Assembly (NCBI RefSeq): GCF_004010195.1
Contig: NC_057718.1
Location: 46,258,600-46,292,205 of the forward strand
Direction: 5' to 3'
From: Chiloscyllium plagiosum
Lineage: Eukaryota
DNA length: 33,606 nucleotides
How positions within the stretch are numbered: the first letter of the stretch is position 1; every line of letters starts with the position of its first letter. The notes beneath the pieces were generated by a model. It worked only from the letters and a program-made list of their open reading frames with translations. It was not told where the DNA came from and made no database searches. Shown in pieces: positions 1 through 10,934 of the stretch. The translations under genes were made by a program, and so were the position numbers.

Positions 1-978
1 CAGCATTGTTTATGTTTGTTTCTAGCACATAGTTGCAGAAGGCTTAAAGGAAGTACAGAATGCATAGACTCTCATGGTCCGGACATTAGATATCCATGGT
101 AACATAACTATTGCCTCAGGATCAATTACCTGGTGCTAAGTGCCAGGCAATGAATGCAAAGATGGTTACTGAGTTCTGCCATCTTTTAGCATCTGATTTG
201 CAGGGGCGATCTTCAGCAAGCACAGCTCTGTGGCTCTCAACATAATTGCAATCTTACATTTTTATGCTTCTGGATCCTTCCAAGCTGCCATGGGGGATTT
301 GATAGAAATTAGCTGGTCCATTGTGCTCTGATGCATCCACAAGGTCACTGAGGCTGTGCTGCAGTAAAACAAAAACCATTCACTGTGCATTTTGGCACCC
401 ATTCACTGCAGCAAAGATCCAGGTCACAAGAATTCTTTGTTGACAGCATCCCAAAGGCATAGAGCGTTATAAATTACACACATTTTTCTATTCGTCAGGC
501 CAAACCATGTTTATGAACATATAATGTAACATTGCTGTATCAAAGTGTGTGCAGCGCAGCTGTTTTTAAGCCAAAATGGCATGCACACTGTCTGTCCACG
601 TTTCCAGGACAGGGCACATCAGATACCATTTTGGTTCGGTCACTAGTGCTGATGGTAGCAGTGTGTAGCAGAGTAGGCAGATCAGACATCAGTCAGCATG
701 CAAGACAGATTCATCTTCAACACTCCACCTATTAACCTCACACAGCTGAACATGTGATCAGCAGGGGGAGGACAACCCCCAAAGTTGATTTCTAATGGCT
801 GCTGCTGAGTTACTAGAAATACCTCATTGCCATTTAAAATTACTAGAGTCCAGAGATGATGGTGGAGTAATGGTGAAGGCTCTGGTTCTGACTCAGCATG
901 ACAGGGGAAAATATGCAGAGGCAACACAGAGGAAGACCAGCTGTTTGAAGAGGGAGGAACTTAAGGGGGAGAGTGACT

Positions 979-1664
979 CTTGACAGAAACATATTCCCTT
1001 TAAGAAGCAACTCCTCTACCTTAACGCCAGCAAGGAAGCTTAAGGATGACAGCCCAGCTTCACTAAGGACGTGATACCAAGTAAGAAGTTAATCTCATTA
1101 CTAGCGACTGCTGATCACAATTCCTATAGGACAATGTGCTCACTGGAAACAAACTGTAACATGCGGTATTCCCTGAAGTATTGTACTGTAACAAGACTAC
1201 AAAAATACCCATTACATTTGGAGCCAGAGAGCCCCCAGCAGGTGGTGGACCAAGCGTGCCCTAATGTGTAGAAAAGGACAAGAGATAAGAGACATTGACT
1301 ATGGGCCAGTTAGCATGATGGGCCCAGGAAATGAATCAATTAACAGCATAATTCTCTGATCAGTTGAATTCTAATGGCTGGGAAAGAAGGAGGATAAAAA
1401 GAAGAATTACAAATATTCAAGGCAGGAGAACCTATTGAGAGAAAGAGACTCTCCAGAAGACAGCTCGAATTTCAGACTTCGTGTGGAGTCCTCCTGTCTC
1501 AGGAGTCCTCCTGATAACCTGAGGACAGACAGTAAAATCACACACATACACACATAACAATAGTTTAGTTTATGTAGCAATGGTATTTCATGACTAAGTT
1601 GCTTCCACTGCAATAAAGAATGTGATTCTTCAAATTGTAATCTGAGCTCCGCAGTCCTGTCACA
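979..1664 (+). mobile_element. Probable solo LTR (Gypsy-type), about 685 bp
   Basis: Short terminal inverted repeat TGACAG...CTGTCACA, ttccctttaag near the start, TATA-like gataaaaa near 1393, and AATAAA at 1612 about 50 nt before the end. No clear target-site duplication. Confidence 0.5.
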
Positions 1665-1727
1665 TTCCGTCACTTTTAGTAAACAATTGACAGAGGAATA
1701 GGGTTCAAAAATATCTCCTGCTTAATG

Positions 1728-1848
1728 AATGATGAATAGGAAAGGTTTGGAGGGGTATGGGCCAGGAGCAGGCAGGTGGGACGAATTTAGTTTGGGATTA
1801 TCTTCAGCATGGACTGGTTCTGTGCTGTATGACTCTATGACTGTATGA
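1728..1848 (+). mobile_element. CR1/HER1-type LINE 3' tail fragment
   Basis: gaataggaaaggtttggaggggtatgggccagg...ctgtgctgtatgactctatgact matches the CR1 3' end seen at 33148-33300. Confidence 0.8.
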
Positions 1849-1869
1849 AGCATTTATATCCGCCTTCAA

Positions 1870-2560
1870 TCCAAAGTGCCAAGTGCTCTCCATTTTGGCC
1901 TCAGCTTGATGTTCCCAGCATCATTGTTGTCAGTTGTCAATCAATTTTATTTATTCCACATGATATAAATAAACTGCAGCAAGTACTAACACTGCAAAGG
2001 CCATGAGCCCTGGTAAGATTCCAGTAATAGCAATAGAGACGTGCACCAAGCTAGCCTTGCACCTAGTTAACCTATTCTCATGCAGCTACAACACCAGCAT
2101 CTACCCAACACTGTGGAAAATTGGAGTTCAAAAGTGTGGCACTGGGATAGCACAGCAGTTCAAGCAGCATCCGAGGAGCAGGGGAATCAATGTTTTGGGC
2201 ATAAGTTCCTTATCTAACCACAGACAAAAAAGCTGAATTCCAGATTTAAGATAAAAGCCCTTGATATAAAGGCAGCATTTGGCCCAGTGTGGCATCAAAG
2301 AGCTCAAGCAAAACTGGAACAGTGGGAATCAGGGAAATCTTTTCATTGTTTGGACTCATACCTGACACAGAGAAAAACGGTTATAGCTGTTGGATGTCAA
2401 TCATCTCAGACCTGCATTTCTGCAGGAGTTCCTCAGGGTCATGTCCTGCCTGTAACCATCTTCAGCTGCTATGCTTGCCTTCATCATAAAGTCAGATGTG
2501 GGCATGTTTGCTGATGTTTGCACAATGTCCAGCACCACTCTCAGTGCTTCAGGTCCTTCT
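1870..2560 (+). mobile_element. Degraded CR1/L2-clade LINE RT fragment, interrupted at about 2123-2212 by a PLE terminal-repeat piece
   Basis: Remnant RT motifs ALDIKAAFxxVWH, DSYLTQRK, ISAGVPQG and a FADV-like motif (ORFs 2003-2236, 2287-2514). Confidence 0.75.
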
Positions 2561-2883
2561 TCATTTATCACATCTTGCTCTGGTGCCAGTATCTGGTCAG
2601 GCTGCAGCTGCTGGCTATCTGAAAGGTGAAGAACGCAGGAGGGAGGTTGCAATGAAGTGTTGCTGAGAGGGACAGAAGGAGAAGCATCCTTAACCCATCT
2701 GCAATTTTTAAATCAGAAGCATTTGGAAAATGCAAGAAATTGGGATATGAGAAGTAGGGTTAGGGAGCAACATGTCATCATCTTCAATGATCTTAGTCCC
2801 ATTACAAGCTATGGCCACTCCAATGCCAGAGAGCACCATCTGTCCCTGAAGATGAGGACATGCAGTCGATGCTGCTATCTACA

Positions 2884-3208
2884 GTGGGCGGCACGGTGGC
2901 ACAGTGGTTAGCACTGCTGCCTCACAGCGCCAGAGACCCGGGTTCACTTCCCGCCTCCGGCGACTGACTGTGTGGAGTTTGCACGTTCTCCCCGTGTCTG
3001 CGTGGGTTTCCTCCGGGTGCTCCGGTTTCCTCCCACAGTCCAAAGATGTGCAGGTCAGGTGAATTGGCCATGCTAAATTGCCCGTAGTGTTAGGTAAGGG
3101 GTAAATGTAGGGGTATGGGTGGGTTGCGCTTCGGAGGGTTGGTGTGGACTTGTTGGGCCGAAGGGCCTGTTTTCACACTGTAATGTAATGTAATCTAATC
3201 TAATCTAA
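2884..3208 (+). mobile_element. HE1-type shark SINE (tRNA head, V-domain core, CR1-derived tail), young full-length copy
   Basis: A-box TGGCACAGTGG, B-box-like GGTTCACTTCC, core gtgtggagtttgcacgttctccccgtgtctgcgtgggtttcctccgggtgctccggtttcctcccacagtccaaaga, tail gggccgaagggcctgtt plus (taatg/taatc)n. Confidence 0.92.
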
Positions 3209-3231
3209 GTTGTGTACCACCTTGTCCTACA

Positions 3232-3630
3232 CTGGTGCCAGTGTAGCTGCGGAAAATGGACTGTTCCACATATCCTACGAAGAGGCAGGCATAGCTGGGG
3301 CCCATGCGGGTGCCCATGGCTAATCCTTTGGTTTGGAGCAAGTGGGAGGATTGGAAAAAGAAGTTGTTCAGAGTGAGGACCAGTTCAGTCAGTCGAAGGA
3401 GGGTGTCAGTGGAAGGGTACTGGTTGGTACGGCGGGAAAGGAAGAAGCGGAGGGCTTTGAGTCCTTCGTGATGGGGGATGGAGGTGTACAGGGACTGGAT
3501 GTCCATGGTGAAGACAAGGCGTTGGGGACCGGGGAAGTGAAAATCATGGAGGAGGTGGAGGGCGTGGGTGGTGTCCCGAAAGTAGGTGGGGAGTTCTTGG
3601 ACCCGAACGTAGGTGGGGAGTTCTTGGACA
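3232..3630 (-). mobile_element. Penelope-like element reverse transcriptase fragment
   Basis: Translation FTMDIQSLYTSIPH...LTELVLTLNNF...QTKGLAMGTRMGPSYACLFVGYVE contains the PLE RT motifs DxxSLYT and G.AMG. Confidence 0.9.
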
Positions 3631-3862
3631 AAGTCAGCATTTATTGTCCACCCTTAGGTGCCCTAAAAAAGGTTGAGATGGATTTTCTTCTTAAAATCCT
3701 GTCGTCTATGTAACAAAAGATGAATGTGATGAATTCTGAGAGGTCAGAATTACTCTTCTTGGCAAAACATATTGAGGAAACTATTTGTGCTACTTAACAT
3801 TTGCTGAGACTAAGATTGAGCTTGGATCTCACTTCTTCTCAAATAGAACATGACTCAGAACA

Positions 3863-4029
3863 TCAATCAGCACTTCCTTGGTGGGTTGGGGTGATGGTGG
3901 AGTACATTGTGCCCAGTGACATAAAGGCTGCCAGTTGGTACTGGCCAGACTTCATAATGATGATAACTGGTGTGTGTCCTGATGACAACAGATCCAGCCC
4001 TCCAATCACTTCAAGTGGCACTCTGCTAC
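3863..4029 (-). CDS. Candidate terminal exon: (G)SRVPLEVIGGLDLLSSGHTPVIIIMKSG...HQGSAD*
   Basis: Acceptor tttgttttcttcacctgtatatccacaattag|GT; phase 1 matches the 5.7 kb exon; 3' part of ORF 3863-4213. Confidence 0.45.
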
Positions 4030-4235
4030 CTAATTGTGGATATACAGGTGAAGAAAACAAACTCAACATGAAGCTATGCTCTCCATAGCAAAGAGGCATT
4101 GCACTTGAAGAGCCTATCATTTGCACTTCAATGCTCTTCACCTCATTCATAAATTCTAGCCTTGGAGAATTGAGATTAGAAAAGCACTGGAGTAATTTAC
4201 TCAACCACAACATACAATTTTACATTGACATCTAT

Positions 4236-5348
4236 CTAAATTGGTGGTGCAGTGGGCAGTGAAGAAAGTTACCTCAGAGCACAATGGGACCTTGATCAGA
4301 TGTGCCAATGGGCCAAGGATTGGCAGATGGAGCTTAATTTAGATAAATGTGAGGTGTTACATTTTGATAAGGCATATCCAGGCAGGACTTTTATTCTTAA
4401 TGGTAAGATCCTGGGGAGTGTTGCAAACAAAGATACCTCGGGGTGTAGGTGCATAGTTCCTTGAAAACAGAGTCGTAGGAAAATACGTGGCGAAGAACGC
4501 ATTTGGCACACTTGCCTTCATTGGTCAAAACGTTGAATATAGGAATTAGGATGTCATGTTGCAGATGCATTCAATTCTAGACTCCCTGGTATAGGAAAAA
4601 TGTTGTGAAACTTGAAAGGGTTCAGAAAAGTTTTACAAGGATGTTGCCAGGATTTGAGGGTTTGCACTATAGGGAGAGGCTGAATAGGCTAGGGCTGTTT
4701 TCCTTGGAGTGTCGGAGGCTGAGGGTTGACTTTGTAAAGGTTAATAAAATCATGAGAGGCAAGAATAGGATGAATAGCCAAGACATTTTTCCAGGGTAGG
4801 GGAGCCCAAAACTAGAGGTTTAAGGTGAGAGGGGAAAGATCTAAAAGGGACCTGCTGCCAACTTTTTCATGTACAGGGTGGTGCTTGTATAGAACCAGGC
4901 TTCCTGAGGAGAAGAGGTTAGATTCCCTACAGTGTGGAAACAGGCCCTTTGGCCCAACAAGTCCACACCGACCCTCCAAAGAGTAACCCATCCAAACCCA
5001 TTTCCCTCTGACAAAAGCACCTAACACTATGGGCAATTTAGAATGACAAATTCACCTGACCTGCACATCTTTCGACTGTGGGAGGAAACTCACACAAACA
5101 CGGGGAGAACATGCAAACTCCACACAGACAGAGACCCAAGGCTGGAATCGAACCTGGATCCCTAGTGCTGTGAGGCAGCAGTGCTAACCACTGAGCCACG
5201 TTAAAGGTGAGTATAATTATAACATTTAAAAGGCACCTGGAAGGGTTAGAGGAAAATTGACCAAATGCTGGATATCTGGTCGGTGTGGTAGTGTTGGACC
5301 GAAGGGTCTGTTTCCATGCTGTATTACCCTATCACTCTATGATTCTAC
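4236..5348 (+). mobile_element. 5'-truncated CR1/HER1-type LINE (post-RT region plus 3' tail), interrupted by a SINE
   Basis: WAKDWQMELNLDKCEVLHF and LERVQKSFTRMLPG...RLGLFSLE; tail ttggaccgaagggtctgtttccatgctgta...ctctatgattcta. Confidence 0.9.
4918..5200 (-). mobile_element. HE1-type SINE nested in CR1
   Basis: Reverse complement of the 2884 SINE head and core (tggctcagtggttagcactgctgcctcacagc; ggttcgattcc); CR1 sequence resumes on both sides. Confidence 0.9.
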
Positions 5349-5542
5349 AGCCATACAGACACACCTCACTTCAACAGGGTTTGGTACAATGATGCACAAC
5401 ACAAACTAGAAACAGCATTCTTATTTACATCACCAACCACATCACTCTCATTCAGCATTTACCAGTCCATTAAAGAGTTCTAACCACATCTGCACTACAT
5501 AACAGTAAACACACATCTCAAGCTTTTTCATCTGTTAATTAC

Positions 5543-5710
5543 CTGAGGGTTGTGGTGATATGGTGTTGGGAATGACATTTCCCTCCTTGGAAGTAATCCG
5601 ATTTACTGCCTGAAACTCCCTTTTTTCTCCAAGACTTTTGAGTGAGTTTCCTCCTCTCAAATCCATGTCCATATTTTCCTCATTTGAATCCTTCCAATCA
5701 ATTATCCATC
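5543..5710 (-). CDS. Symmetric phase 1-1 exon: (G)WIIDWKDSNEENMDMDLRGG...VIPNTISPQPS(G)
   Basis: Acceptor tctcttttcaatctcag|GA and donor CAG|GTAATT; 168 nt; the other two frames stop immediately. Confidence 0.6.
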
Positions 5711-6734
5711 CTGAGATTGAAAAGAGATTAAGCAAAGTCACAGTTGGGATTCAATATGACAGTTCCATTCACACAGCCTTTCCTCTTGGACTAGCCCTTT
5801 TCTCGATGAGGTTTAACACAGCATTCCTCTGAAACAACGATCCTGAACCTCCTTTGTCTAGGTTAATGAGGTTGGCCTCATTTGATTCCACTTTCACCTA
5901 TATAATCATTGCCACATCATCTATAGCAATGGCTTTCCAAATCCACATCCAAGTTGCCACCTCTGAAGCCTCCCAAAGCTATATTTTTGTTCCCACCTCT
6001 TCTTCATCTACAGGCTGTTCTTTGGCAAGACCCTTTTTTATTAGATTTCTTAGTGGTCACCGTTACTTCACAGTGTTGTTTCAACAACAATAACTCTACT
6101 TAAGTTCCACACAAAGACTATTTTTTAATCATTGAAAGTTTTATTACAAATATTGATTTAGTATTCCAGTTGTAATAAATTTACATGTAGATATCCAACC
6201 TAGTTTCAACTATTCCCTCTGAGAAGGATCTCTAATATCAGAAAACAGCAGAAGTGATTGAGTGACCACACCCGTTCTTCAGCCCCTCGGTGAGGCTGCA
6301 TTGCAGCTGACCCTCAAGAATATCTGCACTTAAATAGAACCTGGTTCTCATTTTAAAATGCAATACACCATTAGTCTGTGTTTATAAAATAATAAAATTC
6401 AAATACATAGATTACACATTTACCTTAGACAGCATTTTAGATATTTATCAAGCTTTTAATGTTTCAGCCTTCATCTTTTTCACATTTTGCCTTTTTACTG
6501 GCTTTAGTTATCATACTATGTTTATCCCTGAGGCTTGGTGGGGTTTGGGTGCTTTAGTTCTCTGCATTCTGTTTCCAAACTGTTTGTTGTTCATAGAGAC
6601 ATGATCAGTGTTTTCCTTTCTTGCACATTTGCTCCACCACAATAATTGCTAAAAGATGATAATGCTGTGATATACTGACTTTTGAAATTATCTTAAAACC
6701 TTCTATCATTATCTGTAATATAACCTGTCTCCAA

Positions 6735-6928
6735 GTGTGTTGCTGGAAAAGCACAGCAGGTCAGGCAGCATCCGAGGAGCAGGAAAATCGAAGTTTTGGC
6801 CGAAGCCCTTCATCAGGAATCCCGAAACCTCAATTTTTCTGCTCGTCGGATGCTGCCTGACCTGCCATGCTTTTCCAGCACCACACTCTTGACTCTGATG
6901 TCCAGCATCTGCAGACCTCACTTTCTCC
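6735..6928. repeat. Inverted pair of PLE terminal-repeat fragments with a degenerate hammerhead ribozyme at the centre
   Basis: 6735-6799 is the imperfect reverse complement of 6822-6886; the minus strand reads CTGATGA-AGGGC-TTCG-GCC-AAAAC. Confidence 0.85.
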
Positions 6929-7699
6929 AACTGTACCTCAGTCCACCTTCTACTGAAAACGCCATCCATGATGCCTTTGTCACCTCTGAACTCAACCATT
7001 CTAACAGTTTCCTGAAATTTCTCATCCTCCATCCATTGCAAGCCTCCCTTCATTCAAAATACTGCTGCCAATGCCCTATCATTCAGTCACCTTTCCTTGC
7101 TCACCCATAAATTCCCCATCAATGATCAAGTCTGTTTATAATCAAGCCATCCTTAACTCTGTTTACATACAAAGGATTAAATTGGATTTAAGGCTCAGTC
7201 ACAAGTCCTGTGGTCCTACCAGTCAGTATCACTGTTCCTCTCAAGTCCCTTCTCACCATTTTTCATCCCAATTAACCTTCGTAGTCCTCTATTTCCCTTC
7301 TGCCTATTTGTTCATTCAATTTCTTCTTGAAACATCACAAATTGTTGTATAACGGTGCAAGAGTCTGAAGGGGTTAACATTATGGAGTTTATCAAACAAT
7401 GATCAATATGATGATTTCAAATGAAGTCAGAGAGGGGAAGGGACTTTTTTGGATCTCAAAGGAGTAAGACCTAACATTTCCTATTATTGTAATTTATAGA
7501 ATTAAATTTGCCCTCACGTCTCTGATTTCACAAATCCAGGTAGTCTGGAAGTTTTGTAATTCTGCCAGAACATGTCCTGTTTGGGCTTGGAAGATTGGTA
7601 GACCTCTGGGTTGAAGACTGTTGGCTTTGATCCTATTCCTAATGGTGTGAAACATGGGAATTATTTAGGTTATGACATTCTTCCATGGGGTGGTCCCAG

Positions 7700-7980
7700 T
7701 CAAGCAGTGGTAGACAATTGAATCACAGTGGGATGCAGTTACTTCATACAACTCCTTCAGCTATGCAGACCATACATGGTAATTGGTCTGGAGCTCTTTG
7801 AATGATCATACACTTTCCATTAAGGTCCTGTATCCATACTTGTTGCCTTGGCTCAAATGTGACAACTCTCTGGTTTGGTGACAACTACTATAGTGTGCGG
7901 CCTGCTGCCTACAGTAAAACTGCTCCTTTTCATGTACATTTTTATAGCCCTGTGAATATAGCTGGGAGTCAACTTCTTTG
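7700..7980 (-). mobile_element. Gypsy-type integrase C-terminal relic
   Basis: RQQAAHYSSCHQTRELSHLSQGN/(V)WIQDL resembles the Gypsy integrase tail pattern Q..YY...TR.L..L..G..VW; continues the relic at 10745-10918. Confidence 0.55.
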
Positions 7981-7981
7981 A

Positions 7982-9213
7982 AGAAAGTGAGGACTGCAGA
8001 CACTGGAGATCAGAGTTGAAAAGTTTGCTGCTGGAAAAGCACAGCAGGTCAGACAGCATCTGAGGCGCCGAGAATCAACGTTTCAGGCATAAGCCCTTCA
8101 TCAAGAATGTGGGAGGTAGAGGGGGAAGGGGGCTGAGAGATAAATAGGAGGGGGGATGCGGCTGGGGGGAAGATAGTTGGGTAGGCGATAGGTAGATGCA
8201 GGTGATGAGTGGTGGTGATAGGTCAGAGAGGATGGTGGAGCAGATAGGTGGGAAGGGGAAGGAATATGGACAAGTGGGACAGTTCAAGAGGGAGGTGCCA
8301 GGTTGGACGGTTGGATCTGGGATGAGGTAGAGGGAAGGGAGATGAGGAAACTGATGAAATCGACATTGATGCAGTGTGGTTGGAAGGTCCCAAGGTGGAA
8401 GATGAGGCATTTTTCCTCCAGGTGTCGAGGGGCTAGAATTTTTTTTTTAAGATTACTTACAGTGTGGAAACAGGCCCTTCGGCCCAACAAGTCCACATCG
8501 CCCCGCCGACGCGCAACCCACCCATACCCCTACATTTACCCCTTACCTAACACTACGGGCATTTTAGCATGGCCAATTCACCTGACCTGCACATCTTTGG
8601 ACTGTGGGAGGAAACCAGAGCACCTGGAGGAAACCCACGCAGACACGGGGAGAATATGCAAACTCCACACAGAGAGTCGCCTGAGGTGGGAATTGAACCC
8701 GGGTCTCTGGCGCTGTGAGGCAGCAGTGCTAACCACTGTACCACCATGCCGCCCACAGTGGAGGAGGCCCAGGACTTGCATGTCCTTGGCAAAGTGGGAG
8801 GGGGAGTTAAAGTGGTCACCCACAGGGCAGTGGCGTTGTTTGTTGTGTGTCTCATAGAGATGCTCTCTGAAGTATTCAGCGGGTTGGCCTCTTCTCTCCC
8901 CAAAGTAGAGGAAAGGACATTGAGAGCAATGGACACAGTAGATGAGGTGTTTGGATATGCAGGAAAATCTCTGCTGGGTGTGGAAGGATCCTTTGGGCCT
9001 TGGGATGGAGATGAGGGTGAAGTTGTGGATGCAGGTTTTACACCTCTTGCGGTGGCATGGGAAGTTGCTGAGAGTGGAGAGTGGGTTGGTGGGGGACATG
9101 GACCTAATGAGGGAGTCGTGGAGGGAATAGTCCCTGCGGAACACAGAGAGGGGTGGGGAGGGAAATATGTCTTTGGTGGTGGAGTCTCAGTGTACATGGC
9201 GGAAATGGCAGAG
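7982..9213 (-). mobile_element. Penelope-like element 3' part: GIY-YIG endonuclease, C-rich spacer and terminal repeat with hammerhead remnant
   Basis: FPCHRKRCKTC...FSCISKHLIYCVHCSQCPFLYFGE...FREHL...VGDHFNSPSH...VLGLLHC, then after the SINE LEEKCLIFHLGTFQPHCINVDF; TTGATGA-AGGGC-TTAT-GCCT-GAAAC-GTT at 8071-8108. Confidence 0.92.
8439..8756 (-). mobile_element. HE1-type SINE inserted in the PLE GIY-YIG coding region
   Basis: Very similar to the reverse complement of 2884-3208; ends in taatct plus an A-run. Confidence 0.92.
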
Positions 9214-9239
9214 GACTTACCCTAGGAGTCGTGCCTCCA

Positions 9240-10741
9240 TTTTTTTTACAGTGCGGCGAAGAGAGAGGGCAGGGAAAAGCAAGGGCTGCTGGGAAGGTAT
9301 TTTGCCTTCCTGGTGCCAGGATCCAGGATGTCGCCGATCAGGTTTACAAGATTCTGAAGAGGGAGGGTGAGCAGCTGGAAGTCGTGGTACATATTAGCAC
9401 CAATGATATAGCCAGGAAAGGGTTTGAGGATCTGAAAAGTGACTACAGAGAGCTAGGTTGGAAGCTGAAGAGCAGGATGAATACAGTAGTGATCTCAGGT
9501 TTGTTACCGGTGCGACGAGATAATGAGGTGAGGAACAGGCAGCGAATGCAGCTTAACATGTGGCTGAGAGGCTGGCGCAGGAGGGAGGGCTTCAGATACT
9601 AGGACCATTGAGATGCCTTCTGGGGAAGGTGGAACCTGTACATGAAGGACAGGTTTCACCCAAACTGGAGGGGCACAAATGTCCTGGGTAGGAGATTTGC
9701 TCGTGTGGTTCGGGAGGGTTTAAACTAGTTTGGCATGGGGTGGGAACCAGAGGTACATATCTGAGAGGGGGGGGCAGTTGTACGTGGGGCAGTGACAGGA
9801 TGTAGTGAATCTATCAGGAGATTTTCTTATGTGATGAAACAAAGGGATCGGTTAAAATGTGTCTGCTTTAATGGGAGGAGTGTCAGAAAAAGGAGTGATG
9901 AACTTGGAGCATGGATCAGTACTTGGACTATGATGTTGTGGCCATAATAGAGATATGGGTTTCGCAGGAGCAGGAATGGTTGCTAGATATTCCAGGGATT
10001 AGAACATTTAAAAAGAACAGGGAGGGGGGAAAAAGAGGAGGGAGTGTAGCACTGCTAATCAGAGAGTGTGTCACAGCTACAGAAATGAAGGTTGTCGAGG
10101 AAGGTGCCACCCAACGCGATCAGATTGTTAAGGCTTTCACTAACAGGGGGATCGGGTTTAAGAGCCACGAGGTTTTGCTGCAGCTCTACAAGACCCTGGT
10201 GAGACCACACTTGGAACATTGTTTCCAGCTCTGGTCGCCCTACTATAGGAAAGATGCGGACACTTTGGAGAGGGTGCAAAGAAGGTTTACCAGGATGCTG
10301 CCTGGACTGGAGTGCTTGTCTTATAAAGAGAGGTTGACTAAGCTCGGACTTTTCTCTCTGGAGAGAAGGAGGAAGAGAGGTGACCTGATTGAGGAGTACA
10401 AGTTAGTGAGAGGAATGGATAGGGTCAATAGCCAGAGACTTTTCCCCAGGGCAGGATTGACTGGCACAAGGAGTCATAGTTTTAAGCTATTAGGGGAAAA
10501 GTATAGAGGAGACGTCGGAAGTAGGTTCTTTACGCAGAGTTGCGAATGCATGGAAAGCATTGCAAGCAGTGGTGGTGGAAGCAGAGTCATTAGGGACATT
10601 TAAGCGACTGCTAGACATACACATGGACAGCAGTGACTTGACGGGTGCGCAGGTTAGGTTATTTTATTTTAGATTAGGATTAATCCTCGGCACAACATTG
10701 TGAGCCGAAGGACCTATTCTATGCTGTACCTTTCTATGTTC
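9240..10741 (+). mobile_element. Internally deleted CR1 LINE: ORF1 esterase (SGNH-like), APE N-terminus, post-RT C-terminus, 3' tail
   Basis: CLPGARIQDV...VVVHISTNDI...VVISGLLPV (ORF1); YDVVAIIEIW...GGSVALLIRE (APE) joined to LYKTLVRPHLEHCFQLWSPYYRKD; tail gagccgaaggacctattctatgctgtacctttctatgttc. Confidence 0.9.
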
Positions 10742-10744
10742 ATT

Positions 10745-10918
10745 GATTCGCTGTATCTGGAGATTGGAGGCATGGATGGGGTGGCTGCTAAGTCTTCAGT
10801 TTTTAAACAATCAGCACTTCAGCAAATCAGTGATAAGCCACACTGGAGAGGAGTGGACCAATAGTTTAGCAATGTTGTGCAGAAGTCAGCTTTTTTCTTC
10901 AAAAGCGATTTGATTGTC
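10745..10918 (-). mobile_element. Gypsy-type integrase core-end relic
   Basis: TIKSLLKKKADFCTTLLNYWSTPLQCGLS/AEVLIV*KLKT resembles the Gypsy pattern TIK.LL.K...ALL.YR.TP...G.SPAELL.GR.LRT. Confidence 0.7.
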
Positions 10919-10934
10919 TACACCTCACTAAAAA

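Noticed and set aside
60..960. Possible decayed DNA-transposon (Harbinger-like) or other coding relic; similar impression at 15200-15900 and 17250-18000
   Set aside because: No diagnostic motif or terminal repeat could be read with confidence.
2884..2960. tRNA gene
   Set aside because: The A/B boxes belong to a SINE head followed by SINE core and tail; there is no complete cloverleaf. The same applies to the other SINE copies.
3333..3713. Long ORFs 3333-3713 (+), 8303-8857 (+), 8746-9225 (+) and 8553-9197 (-) as genes
   Set aside because: Antisense or off-frame shadows of GC-rich Penelope and SINE sequence.
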